From an uncultured Phycisphaerales bacterium (GTDB taxonomy: Bacteria > Planctomycetota > Phycisphaerae > Tepidisphaerales > Tepidisphaeraceae): a stretch of 64,000 nucleotides of DNA. The notes beneath the pieces were generated by a model. The model did no database searches and was not told the origin of the DNA. It saw only the letters and a list, made by a program, of their open reading frames with translations. The translations under genes and the position numbers were made by a program. The DNA is taken from positions 1,216,001 through 1,280,000 of the forward strand of contig CAWJPJ010000007.1 in NCBI GenBank assembly GCA_963844715.1, written 5' to 3'. Below are positions 31,082-42,111 of this stretch, piece by piece. Each line of letters begins with the position of its first letter. The stretch's first letter is position 1.

Positions 31082-32963
31082 CTATTCGTCAGGCAACAGC
31101 AGCGCGTAATCGGGGACCGAGCCGTTGGACATGCAGCAGTCGATGATTTGACGGCCGAGGGGCAGGAGATCGGATTCGAGAAATTTCGGGAGTTGTTTGT
31201 GGAAGAAATCCTGGAGGATGCCGGCGCCTTTGTCGTAGGCGTCTTCGCCGATCTCGGGTTGCAGTTCGGTGCGGAGGAAGGAATTTCCGATGGCCTGGCC
31301 TTCGACCATGATGTTTTTCAAAGCCCAACCCAGGAGCGGACAGCGGGAGGCTTCGATCTGCTCGGGCTTAAAGGTGGCGCTGCCCCGGCGGGCGAGGTAT
31401 TCGCGGGTGATCCACTGCGGCATGAAGCCGACTTTCCACGCGCCGACGTGCTGATTGGGAGTGAGGATATAACGCGTGCGCGGCGTGCGGGCGATTTGCT
31501 GGAGCAGGAGATTGGCTTGATCGACGCGCCGGCCGGTGGCGAAGGGCCAATAGCTGCCGACGCCTTCAGAGCCCATCTGTTCGTTGTCCATGATGCTCGG
31601 ATTGTCATGCCCGCGCGGGGCGACGAGTCGCCAGAGCCAGGCAAGTGCCGGCGGAAGGACGTGAAAGAAACCGATGATGCCGTAGTTGGGGGTTTCAGCG
31701 GTGCACGGCGGGCAGCGGACGCCGAAGCTGCGGATGTCGACCGTGACCGGGCCATCGACCACGTCGGGGACGGCATCGCGCGGAATCACGACGCGCGGAT
31801 TGGGGCACGGCTTCCCCGGCGCGTCCATCGTGTGCTCCCAGATCAAAGCGCGGCTTCCAGGCACGGCGTCGATATTCAAAAAGAGCAGCGGGCGTGGGGG
31901 CGCGATCGTCAGGGCCTCGAGATGCGGATCGATTCCGTATCGAGAAATATGATTGATGCGGACGAACCAGGCGTCCTCGGCGTCCATGAGCGTAAGTTTT
32001 CCATCCGTGCCCTGCAGGGATGGATGGCAGAGGGCCATGTCATCGGTAACGGGGTGCAGCTCGCAGGTGCGCGGGAGTGTGATGAGGCGTTCTTCCTGAG
32101 TGATGAGATTCGTGCCGAGGAGGAGCCGCCCATCCGGCTGGCGGTGAACGTGCTCGAGCATTTCGCTTTTGCCGCTGCCGCTGGCGCCTTCGTGCATGAA
32201 CGTGGTTTCACGATCATAGGGGGTGACGACCTGGACGGTGGAGCAGTGTGCGGTGACCCACCCTTCGGTTTCGCCGAGGGTGAGGAGCACGCCGTAGATT
32301 CCCTTTTTGGCGCTGGGCCCGGGATAGAGGTTGTAGCTGAACAGTTCGTGAAGATGGTCGCGTCGGTTGTGAACGACGACCTGCTTGCCTTCAAAATGGG
32401 TATGCCTGAATGGCGGCGCGACATAGACGACGGCCTTGGGGGCGAAATTATCGGGGACCTGATCGGCGGCAAGAATTCCCTGCAGCATCGCCAGTCCCAT
32501 GGCGAAGAATCCCGCGTTGGCGGGACAGATCGCAATGGCGTGGATCGCCTTGTAGCGTCCGCCGGCGACGAAAGGGAAGACGCAGAGTTCCTGGGTCTTG
32601 AGCCAGTCGAAAGTTTTCTGGCGAACGGACTCAAAGTCGGCGCCGAAGCGGTCTCGATAGCGGCGTTTGTTGGTGGGGTTGTTGTCGCCGATGACCATGC
32701 AGTCGGGGTCCCGGCGGCGACATGTAGGGGTCGGGATAGTTGGCGGCGACGCCGTTGCGGACCCGGCAGACCGTCGCCTCGAGAACTCGCCCCTGCCCCG
32801 GCACGTCGTACGAAACTTCGTGAAAGCCGGAGGGCTTGGCGTCGCGCAAGGCGAGCTCGATGAGTTCCTCAACGGTTCCCGCCATGGTGACGCGCGAAGC
32901 CGCGGAAAGTATGACCGCAGCTTCTTGGGGCAGGCGGATGGTCTGCCAGGGCACGCCAGGCAT
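31082..32963 (-). CDS. DUF4914 family protein (PEPCK-like P-loop fold; frameshift ~32715)
   Basis: RVRNGVAANYPDPYM, YVAPPFRHTHF.GKQVVVHNR, FSYNLYPGPSAKKG, HEGASGSGKSEM. Confidence 0.85.
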
Positions 32964-33031
32964 CGGGAAACTCCAATGGAAAACGGTTGCGGATTGGTCA
33001 AATTGGATTATGCCGGACGCACGGGGAAAGG

Positions 33032-33276
33032 TCAAAGAGGAAATGGATTGGGAACCCGGCTCTTGAGCCGCTCAATCACGGATTCAATGGGTTTCGCCGT
33101 GGCGTTGCCTTTTTGAAACGCCGCGTCGCGGCGCTTGGCTTCGGCGAGCCAGGCGGCATCAATTGCCTCCCGCCCTTCTTCATCGATGCTCAGGAGGAGT
33201 TCTTCCGCCAGCACTCGCGCTCGGCGGGATCGAGCTTTAACGCCTCAACCCTAATTTGTTCTTTTTTCAAAGGCAT
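33032..33276 (-). CDS. Addiction module component (TIGR02574-like antitoxin; frameshift ~33215)
   Basis: EALKLDPAER..LAEELLLSI.....IDAAWLAEAKRR. Confidence 0.75.
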
Positions 33277-33392
33277 TTGGCTCAGAATTATACGGGTTCA
33301 CGGGGGGGGAACGATAGAAAATAGATCGCATTTGGCGCACGAACGCCGGGGTGAGAATTTGGGAGGTTTTGGAGTGGGGCGAGTTGCCACCA

Positions 33393-33995
33393 CTATGCGG
33401 GGCGTTTGGCAGCGCACAGGCCGTTCATGAGGAGCTTCCAGACGTCGTCGAATGCGGCGTCGATAGTGGGGTGGGCCCATTCTTGGGCGTGAGTGGGGTG
33501 ATGGAACCAGGTCGTGGCGAGGAGCACGGCTCGGGCAGCGGCAACGGGGTCGACGGCGCGGAAGGCGCCGTCCTTTACGCCGGAGCGGATGATCGTGGCG
33601 GCCAAATTGACCAGTTCATCGACGTGGGCGGCGCCGATGGACTTGCGCACTTGGGCGAGCTTGAGATAGGCGGCGAAAAGTTCGGGGTCGTCGGCGGCAC
33701 GCTGGCGCTTGATGCCGATGAGTGTCTCGAAAAGTTGGCGCAGGCGATTTGGGGCGGGGCCGGACTTGTCGGCGATGGCGCGGAGCTTGGGGAGAGTTTG
33801 GTCGACCCATTTGCTGACGACGAGGTTGCGCAGTTCGGCTTTGGTCGAGACGTGGCGGTAGAGAGCCGCGTGGCTGACGCCGAGCGCGCGGGCTACGTCG
33901 ACGACGGTTGCCTTCTCCGGGCCGAAGCGCCGGATGACATCCTCGGCGGCGGCGAGGATGCGATCGCGAGTGAGCGGTGCGTCGGCGGCGGGCAT
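33393..33995 (-). CDS. TetR family transcriptional regulator
   Basis: RILAAAEDVIRRFGPEKATVVDVARALGVSHAALYRH..TKAEL. Confidence 0.92.
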   Translation of the reverse strand: MPAADAPLTRDRILAAAEDVIRRFGPEKATVVDVARALGVSHAALYRHVSTKAELRNLVVSKWVDQTLPKLRAIADKSGPAPNRLRQLFETLIGIKRQRAADDPELFAAYLKLAQVRKSIGAAHVDELVNLAATIIRSGVKDGAFRAVDPVAAARAVLLATTWFHHPTHAQEWAHPTIDAAFDDVWKLLMNGLCAAKRPA

Positions 33996-34057
33996 GGGGT
34001 TCACTCTACCCGCCGGGCGTCTCTGTCGGTACTGGAGCATGCCGATGGGTTCTCGAA

Positions 34058-34950
34058 TTACGTTTTGAAATACGGTTCACTATCAACGTCGGCAAGCAGT
34101 CCGGGTTGCGTCGGGCGCCATCCCAGCCATTCTTGCGTGAGCACGCTGGAGGCTGGGCTGTCGATCCCGGCGAACGGCGCGAACCAACCAAAGTGGGCGG
34201 CCGCTTCCTCGCGGGTTTTGCTGACGACCGGGATGTTGAGGCGGCGGCCGATGACGGCGGCGATGTCTCGGAATGGGACGCCCTGCTCGGCGATGCCATG
34301 ATAGCGGGGCCGGGCGGAACCTTCTCGAGGACGAGGCGGTAGAGATGAGCGGCATCGAGACGGTGGACTGCCGGCCAGCGATTGAGGCCTTCGCCGACGT
34401 ACCCCGAAACGCGCTTCTCGCGCACGATGGCGATGAGTGTTGGCACGAAGCCGTGATCGCCCGCGCCGTGGACGGACGGCGGAAGGCGCACGACCGATGC
34501 GCGCACGCCATGTGCCGCCGCGGAAGCGGCTGCTTCCTCCGAAACTCTCGGAAACGAGTTGGTGCGGGGATCGCCACATCTTCTTCGATCGCGACGCGCC
34601 CGGGAGTGAGCAGAGCCGTCCCGGAGGTGACGATCAAGGGCCGGTCCGAGCCGGCGAGCGCGGATGCGAGCGCTTCGATGGCGCGGCGGTCGATTTCGCA
34701 GTTGGCCTGGAATTTGGAAAAGTCGTGGATGAAGGCGGTGTGAATCACGCCGTCCGATGCGGCGGCGCCGCTGCGCAGGGCGGCCAGGTCTTCGAGATCG
34801 CCGCGATGCACCTTGGCGCCGGCGGCCATAAGCGACTTGTGCGCCCGCCTCCGAGCGAGCCAGGCCGAGCACCTGATGGCCGGCTTTGATGAGTTCCTGA
34901 ACGATGGCAGAGCCGATGAAGCCTGTGGCTCCGGTAAGAAAGACTCGCAT
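34058..34950 (-). CDS. NAD-dependent epimerase/dehydratase (extended SDR; frameshifted)
   Basis: [51 protein letters not shown]. Confidence 0.88.
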
Positions 34951-34977
34951 GATTGAACTCCTTTCGTTGCTACTTTT

Positions 34978-35871
34978 TTAATGCTTTGCAGTTTCTGTCG
35001 CGGCGGCAATTCCGTCCAACTCCGCCAGAATTTGCGGCGAAAGTGTCAACTTCCCGGCTGCGAGATTCTCGCGCAGATGCGCCAGCGACGACGTGCCGGG
35101 GATGAGCAGGATGTTCGGCGCGCGGTGCAGAAGCCACGCCAGAGCGACTTGCATGGGCGTCGAGCCGAGTTGAGCGGCGACGGCCGAGAGAGTGGACGAC
35201 TGGAGCGGGGTGAAGCCGCCGAGAGGGAAGAAAGGGACGTACGGGATTCCCTGGCGGGATAAGTCGTCAATGAGGGCGTCATCCTCGCGTTGGGCGAGGT
35301 TAAAATTGTTCTGGACGCAAACGACGTCGGTGAGGGCCTGCGCCTCGGCGATCTGCGCGGCAGTGACGTTGCTTAGGCCGATGTGGCGGATCAAGCCCTT
35401 TCGCTTGAGGTCGGCCAGGACCGCCACTTGCTGGGCAACGGAACCCTCGGCGGGGCCATGGATTTTACCCATCGCGCGGTAGTTGACGATGTGGAGGGCG
35501 TCGAGGCCCAGATTGCGGAGATTATCGTGTACGCCGTCGGTGAGGTCCTGGGGCGAGATGGCCGGCTGCCAGGACTTGTCGGGCGGGCGGCGGGCGCCGA
35601 GTTTGGTGACGATGACCAGGTCCGCGGGGTAAGGATGCAGGGCCTGTTTGATGATCTGGTTGGTGACGTGGGGGCCGTAGAAGTCGCTGGTGTCGATGTG
35701 GTTGACGCCGGCGGCGACCGCCTCGCGCAGGACGGCGACCGCGGCTTCAGGGTCCTTGGGAGGCCCCCAGACGCCGGGCCCGGCGAGTTGCATGGCGCCG
35801 TAGCCCATGCGATGGACGGTCAGGGATGTCGCGGGGAAGGTGAATCGGCCGCCGAGAGTGGTATCACGCAT
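34978..35871 (-). CDS. Aldo/keto reductase
   Basis: [47 protein letters not shown]. Confidence 0.93.
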   Translation of the reverse strand: MRDTTLGGRFTFPATSLTVHRMGYGAMQLAGPGVWGPPKDPEAAVAVLREAVAAGVNHIDTSDFYGPHVTNQIIKQALHPYPADLVIVTKLGARRPPDKSWQPAISPQDLTDGVHDNLRNLGLDALHIVNYRAMGKIHGPAEGSVAQQVAVLADLKRKGLIRHIGLSNVTAAQIAEAQALTDVVCVQNNFNLAQREDDALIDDLSRQGIPYVPFFPLGGFTPLQSSTLSAVAAQLGSTPMQVALAWLLHRAPNILLIPGTSSLAHLRENLAAGKLTLSPQILAELDGIAAATETAKH

Positions 35872-35960
35872 GGTTGCTCCTTTGGGATGCTGACATGCGG
35901 GAGAATACGCCGGGCAAGTTACAAAAGTCAAATAATGAAATCTGTAATTTTTCGCGGGAG

Positions 35961-38204
35961 TCAGGACCCGCTCAGGGCGTCGAGTTCCATATTGATGCGG
36001 CTTACTTCATCCTCGGGAAGCCGCTTGGGCTCGGCGCGATCCAATTGACTGTTATAAAATAGAGCAAGTTGGAATTGTTCCGCGGCTTGTTTGGGGAGGC
36101 GGAGTTTTTCCAGAGCCGCGGCGTATTGCAAACGGATATCGACATCATTGGGATCGAGGTAAACGACGCGGTTGAAATCGGAGACGACCTGATCGGCGTC
36201 CAGAACCTGGAGCGAGAGGGCGGCGCGCTGAAGATAGGCGGAAATATTGGACGGGTCGTGGGAGATGGCGGCGGTATAGAAGGAGCGAATCTGCACGCGA
36301 AGGGCGGCGGGGACTTGCGATTCCTTGCCGGCGGCAAGAAGGGAATCCAACTCGATCTGCAGCGCGCGGCCGGCGCGGAAGGCGTAGTCAGCGTTCCACT
36401 TCCATCGCGCGAAGGCCTGCTGATAGTCGGCGGCGGCTTCGTCGAAATGGGCGGCGCGCAGAGCGTCGTCGCCGGATTGGGCCAGGTCCTCGGCTTGTGT
36501 GACGGGAATCCAAACGAAGACGGCCGCGGCGAACAAAGTAGCGGTGATGAGCGCGAGGGCGACCGCCGAGCCGGAGCGCGCGAGCGACGGGCCGCGACGT
36601 CGGGCTGCCTTGCCCCCAGGGCCGTCCCGCACAAAAAACCGAAAAGGCACGTAGCCCCCTGCTCGAACAGGGAGAACTCGATTAAATTGTGGATGAGAAA
36701 GAGGCCGAGGGCGACGAGGATTCCGTAGAGAATCCACGGGGCCGGGCGGTCATCGAGGCGCGGGTCCTGAAGCGAGCGCAAGGCGACGAGCATCGAACCG
36801 ATGGCCAGTGCGCACAGATAGAGGCAGCGCTTCATGATTTCGATGACGATGAAACTGAGGTCCTGTGTGAAATCGAGCGAAGCGCATGTGGCGATGGCCA
36901 TGGATAGGACGGCGGTGGCGAAAAGAATTCCGATGGCCGCGCGGGATTGAGAGGGGACGGCGCGCTGGGTCGGCGGGGCCGGAGTGATGGGGACGGTCAT
37001 TTCGCGCGAGAGGCGGATCATCCAGACGACAAGCAGGACGCCGCCGACGGCGCCGAGTTCCACGAAAAATCGGACCATGAAGTCGTGGGGATCGCGGATT
37101 TCCTCGGAGGCGGCGGGGAGGCGGTCGCGCAGATAGTGGGGCCCGAAATTCGCCCAGCCGATCCCGCGAATGGGATGGCGGAGAAACATCCGCCAGGAAG
37201 CCGTCCAGTATCGCCACCGGAAATTGAGGCTGGCGGTGGGCAAGCCGCCGTGGAAGAGGCCGTGGGCGATGACGGCGAGCATGGCGAGGATGACGATGGC
37301 TAAGGCAACATGGAAAGATTTGGCCGGGCGAGTGGCGAGCACGCCGCGCCAGCGCCGGATGGCCCAGAACATAATTAGGCCCAGGATCGCCGTGGCGGCG
37401 CCAGCTTTGGATTCAGTGCAGACCAGAAGCCACGCGGCGACCGGCAGCGGAACCAGCAACGCCGCGATCCACCCCGGGGTGTCGCGGTCGGCCCGCCGTT
37501 GGATGATGGCGCCGATCCCGATCATCGTGGTCAGCACGATCATGGCGGCAAAGGTGTTCGCCGACGCGTTGAATCCGATCAGCTCGCCCGCGGTGATTTT
37601 GTTTTCCAATTGCCTGGCCGCGAAGCTGCCAGGGGCGAAGCCGCGATCACGGAGAATCTGCGCTTTGCTCTGCTCGAAATTCTGAATGAGGTCGGGAAGC
37701 TCGACGAATTTGTAGTAGATGCCGTGCACGAGAAGCACGATAAGCAGCCCGAAGACGATCGCGGCCACGACGCGGCATGCGCAGCCAGCTGCGGACCAGT
37801 TGCATCGCCGTCCACAGCAGGACGATCGCCGCGGCGAAATCCGCGGCGGAGATCATCGCGGCGAATTTATCGTTGGCCCATTTGATGCTGAAGATGAGCC
37901 ACGCCGTCAGAATCACGGCCAGAAAAATGCTCGCGCTATGGCGAATGGCATAGCCGCGATCGATCGCGGCACGCAGAATGACGAGCATCGCGGGAACGCA
38001 ACTAAGGAGATCGAGAGCGAGGGACGTGGAAGCACCAGGTCCGCGCGGATAGGGGGCGACGCCGGGCGAAACCTGGAACGGCTCGCGCACCGCTTCGAGA
38101 ATCGTGCAGCGAGCAGCCAGCAGCGCCAGCGCCACAAAAAAAGCAATTTGCGTGATCGCCCCCAATCGACCTTTGGCTTTGGCTATGGGGACGTGGAGCG
38201 TCAT
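35961..38204 (-). CDS. O-antigen ligase (Wzy_C)-like membrane protein with C-terminal TPRs (frameshifted)
   Basis: Many TM helices; SANTFAA, TESKAG, FRWRYW....MF..HP..GIG..NF, DPHD; TPR tail. Confidence 0.8.
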
Positions 38205-39348
38205 GGGTTATTTTTCCGATCCGCGCTGCCGGGGCTTTGATTCTCATTTGGCATGGGATGCTGTTCCAGGAGAGCCACGACGCCAAGGATGAGAATCGTT
38301 TGCAGGAAGATCAGCAGGGCGAAATCGCCGCGGATTCTGGGCAGGAGAATCGCGGCGCTGCTGGTGGCGGCGGAGACGAGATAGAGACAGAGTACGGCCG
38401 TGCGGCGCGACATCCCGCGGGCGACAAGCCGATGGCTGAAATGATTGGTGTCGCCGACGAAGGGGCTTTTGCCTTTCATCATGCGAATGAAGCTGACGAC
38501 GATCAGATCGTAAAGCGGAAGAGCAAGAACGACGACCGGCGCGAAAATGGCGTACCAACGATTGGCCAAAGTCGTCCCCGGGGCAAGATAAGTCGTTCTC
38601 ACCGTCAAGATGCCCAAAATCAATCCGGTCGTGAGACTCCCGCCGTCCCCCATGAAAATCGTCGCGGGCGGAAAGTTAAACCAAAGGAATCCAAGCAAAG
38701 CGCCAGGAGAAGCGCCAGGGCGGCGGCGACGAACCACTGGCCGATAGTCAGCGTTGTGACGAGAAATGCGGCGGTGCAGACGCACGCCACTCCGGCGGAA
38801 AGGCCGTCCATGTTGTCCAGGAAATTAAACGCGTTGGTGACCGCGACGATCCAGAGAACGGTCAAGGCGACGGAAATCCATCGTCCGTCGGGGACCGCGT
38901 GATCGAGAAACGTAAGAGCCCGCAAATCGGCCGACACGACCAGAGCGCTTACAGCGGCGAGTTGCGCCACGAGTTTGAAATAGGGCCCCAGCGCCCTGCG
39001 GTCATCCCACAAACCAAGAAGATGAACGAAAAACGCCGCCCCAAGAATCTTCAAAGCCATGGGCGTTTGCTGCCGCGCCCCGGACCAATAAGCGGTCATG
39101 AGGGGCGAGTGAGCAAAACGGCCGGGAGGAGGGAATTGATTGACGTAAACCAACCCTGCCAGGACCGGCAGGGCGAACCCCCAGAATATTCCGATGCCGC
39201 CGCCCAGGGGCTTGGGATTGGAGTGAATCTTCCTGCCGCCAGGTTTGTCGGTAAATCCTACCCGAAGGGCGGCGGTTCGGATCAGGCGCGTCAGAAACCA
39301 GGAGATCGCGAAGCTGATCGGAATCAGGCAGAGGATGACCCGAATCAT
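38201..39348 (-). CDS. WecA/MraY-family undecaprenyl-phosphate sugar-1-phosphate transferase (frameshift ~38715)
   Basis: [58 protein letters not shown]. Confidence 0.9.
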
Positions 39349-39400
39349 GGAGCGAAAGCCACGATAACCGGGAACCAGGGGTAACGAAAGCGAGGGGCGT

Positions 39401-39583
39401 TTACGGAAGGCGCTGGCGAAGGAACCCGATCTGGTCCTTGTATTCCTGAAGCTGGCGATTCAATACACGCCGATCCTCGGCGTTGCGGACATGCTCGACC
39501 GTGCGGCGGATCTCCCGCGCCCGCAGCTCGAGCCGCTCAATTTCGGCGATGATGTCCGCCTCAGGGTTGTAGACAACACTCAT
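39401..39583 (-). CDS. Small coiled-coil hypothetical protein
   Basis: 60-aa heptad-rich ORF preceded by a GGAGG-like RBS. Confidence 0.6.
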   Translation of the reverse strand: MSVVYNPEADIIAEIERLELRAREIRRTVEHVRNAEDRRVLNRQLQEYKDQIGFLRQRLP

Positions 39584-39653
39584 CAGGAACCTCCGTCCTT
39601 GGAATATATGATACTAATCGACCGATATCCGCCGATCAATTCGTGCAATTATA

Positions 39654-40314
39654 CTACGCTCCCGAGGCGGCGAGAGTTTCATTCACGGACTTAATTATGC
39701 GAGCCGGCACCCCAACGACCGTAGCCCCCTCGGGCACGTCCTCAATGACCACTGCTCCCGCCCCCACAACTGCTTGTGCGCCCGATGGTAAGGCACTGAA
39801 TGATCCGGCACCCCAGGCCAATAAACGCCTCTTCGCCCACCCGAACCCGACCGGCCAGCGCCGCGCCAGGGCAAACATGCACAGCTTGCCCAATTTCACA
39901 TTCGTGATCGATGATTGCCGAGGTGTTGATGATCGCGTGGTCCGCGACGATGGCGTCTGTCCCAATGACGGCCCCGGCGGCGACCACCACATTTTTCCCG
40001 ATTCGAGCAGTTGGGGAGACCACGCTGCTGGGGTGAACTGCATTGATGAGTTCGAACCCCTGCTCGAGAAGCTTCTTGGCATAGGTCCGGCGAGCGCGAT
40101 TGTCCCCGACGGCGACGATGGCGCCTTTCACCTTCTGCGCTTTGAGTTTGGGAAGATAATTGGCTTGGCCTAAGACGGAAAGGCCGCCGATCTGCGTTCC
40201 CGCCAGTTGCGGGTCGGCGTCGATGAAGCCGATTGGCTTGTGCTGCCCGGCGGCGCGGAGGATGTCCAACACCACTCGCCCATGCCCGCCTGCCCCGATG
40301 ATGATGACGTCCAT
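39654..40314 (-). CDS. Sugar acetyltransferase, NeuD/PglD family (frameshift ~39780)
   Basis: IIGAGGHGRVV, VAVGDNRAR, VHPSSVVS, hexapeptide repeats, DHEC, VVGVPAR. Confidence 0.9.
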
Positions 40315-40360
40315 ACCCCAATCCTATCGGACAAAAGAGCAATTTGCGGCCAGAAATCGC

Positions 40361-41011
40361 CTATTTCCAGCGGGCAGCCCGGATGATTTCCACGAATGCC
40401 CGCGCATTGGCCGTCACGCTGGCCCAGTCGTTCCTGGCCAGGGCCTCTTTGGAGATCAACGACGACCCGGCCCCCACGAAGACGGCTCCAGCTTTGATCC
40501 AGTCGGCGGCGTTTTTAAGGTCCACGCCCCCGGTTGGCGTCAGTTTTAGTTGGGGGAGGGGGGCCAAAATATCCTTGAAATAGCAGGGTCCGAGCCCGGT
40601 GGATGGGAATACCTTCACCACATCAGCGCCGGCGGTCCAGGCGGTGTAAATTTCAGTCGGGCTGAAAGCACCGGGGATGACTATTTTCCCAAGGCCTTTG
40701 ACGGTTTCGATGATTTCAAGATTCAAAATAGGCGAGACGACATATTCCGCTCCTGCGGCGATGGCCTCGCGCGCGGTTTTGGCGTCGGTGACGGTTCCGA
40801 CGCCCACGGCCGCGGAATCACCAAATCGCTCAGATAACACGCGAATTCCGGCGATGGCGTCCGGCGTGGTCATGGTGACTTCAATGCTCGGCACGCCCCC
40901 GGCCAGCAGCGCCTCGGTGAGGCCGACGAGCTGATCCTTGGATTTGGCGCGGATGACGGCGACCACGCCGGCGTCAGAGATTTGTTTTAAAATCTGGTCT
41001 TTGGTTCGCAT
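40361..41011 (-). CDS. eda: KDPG/KHG aldolase
   Basis: VVAVIRA, IEVTMTTP, VGVGTV, VVSP, PGAFSPTEI, VKVFPS, PTGGV. Confidence 0.92.
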   Translation of the reverse strand: MRTKDQILKQISDAGVVAVIRAKSKDQLVGLTEALLAGGVPSIEVTMTTPDAIAGIRVLSERFGDSAAVGVGTVTDAKTAREAIAAGAEYVVSPILNLEIIETVKGLGKIVIPGAFSPTEIYTAWTAGADVVKVFPSTGLGPCYFKDILAPLPQLKLTPTGGVDLKNAADWIKAGAVFVGAGSSLISKEALARNDWASVTANARAFVEIIRAARWK

Positions 41012-41115
41012 AAATTTTTGTGGAAATGTTGTAACACCAGGAAAGTTTACTGGCTAGCGCACGAGCCGTCGCTATAATCCAGCCCAAAAGGATTTTTTCA
41101 CCCAGGAGGCGATTC

Positions 41116-41553
41116 ATGGCGGATTCATCCCCGCAAGACTTTGCGACGATTCTTGGTCCCGACGCCAATTTCAAAGGCGAACTTTCCTTCGACAAAGGCA
41201 TGCGCGTGCACGGCCGGGTTGAAGGAAAGATAATGACCCCCGGGCGGCTGCATGTCGCCAAGGAAGCGAAGGTTTCGGCTGATGTGGAAGCCGGCTCCAT
41301 CGTCATCGAAGGGGAAGTCAAAGGGAATCTCACGGCGACGGACCGGGTCGAATTGAAGAACTCCGCGCGATTCGAGGGGGACCTCCGGGCGGGGCGATTG
41401 GTGGTCGAGGAAGGCGCCGCCTTCAGCGGGCACGTGAGCGTGGGCCCGGAAGCCGTCAAGGCTGGAACGCCGCGACCGCAGGTGCAGGTGAGCGTTTCGC
41501 GTCCGGGAGTAGCCGCCGCGCAGGGAACGCCGCAACCGGCCCGCGCCGGCTGA
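41116..41553 (+). CDS. Bactofilin (polymer-forming cytoskeletal protein)
   Basis: TILGPDANFKGEL.F...MRVHG.VEG.I, VIEGEVKGNL, LVVEEGAAFSG. Confidence 0.9.
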   Translation: MADSSPQDFATILGPDANFKGELSFDKGMRVHGRVEGKIMTPGRLHVAKEAKVSADVEAGSIVIEGEVKGNLTATDRVELKNSARFEGDLRAGRLVVEEGAAFSGHVSVGPEAVKAGTPRPQVQVSVSRPGVAAAQGTPQPARAG

Positions 41554-41606
41554 TTTTGCAAAATTCGCCACCGTTGCAGAGCGGTGCGCGCCGATAAACC
41601 GAAGAT

Positions 41607-42033
41607 ATGGCCATCCCCCTGGAGCCAATCGCTTCTCCGCAGGGCAATGACGACCAGATCGCCATTGTCTGTCTCCATTGCAAGAAGCCGCAGCAAATTG
41701 CCCGGCGAGCGCTGAGCGTGACTTGCCGGTTCTGCAACAAATCCCTGCGCCTGGAGGATATGGCGATCAAGGACTACCACGCCGCGCCGCGCGATCGAAA
41801 CCTGCGGCGTGGTCACGGTCGAGAAAAAGGGGAATGTGGTTGTCGACCGCATTATGTGCGGGGGATTGATCGTGCGGGGGAAGGTCAAGGGCAAAATCAC
41901 CAGCCAGGGGCCGGTGCTGGTCGGGCCGGAGGCGGAAGTAAACGGCGATATTTCCGCTCCAAGCCTGGCGGTGGGGGCAGGGGCAATTCTTGAAGGCGAC
42001 TACTTGATCGGCCCGGGCGACAAGCTTGCTTAA
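41607..42033 (+). CDS. Bactofilin with N-terminal zinc ribbon (frameshift ~41785)
   Basis: CLHC...CRFC, then VTVEKKGNV...LIVRGKVKGKI...AEVNGDI.APSLAVGAGAILEG. Confidence 0.8.
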
Positions 42034-42111
42034 CCGACCGGGGTCACCAGCCATTTTTCCCCCTTCCAGAGGCGGGACTATAATTCCCCCGACATTGAAG
42101 GGAAGCTATTC

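Noticed and set aside
31058..32863. 601-aa plus-strand ORF and similar long antisense ORFs (e.g. 3022-4041, 19590-20462, 25335-26450, 48062-49162)
   Set aside because: Shadow ORFs opposite well-supported genes, as expected in high-GC DNA
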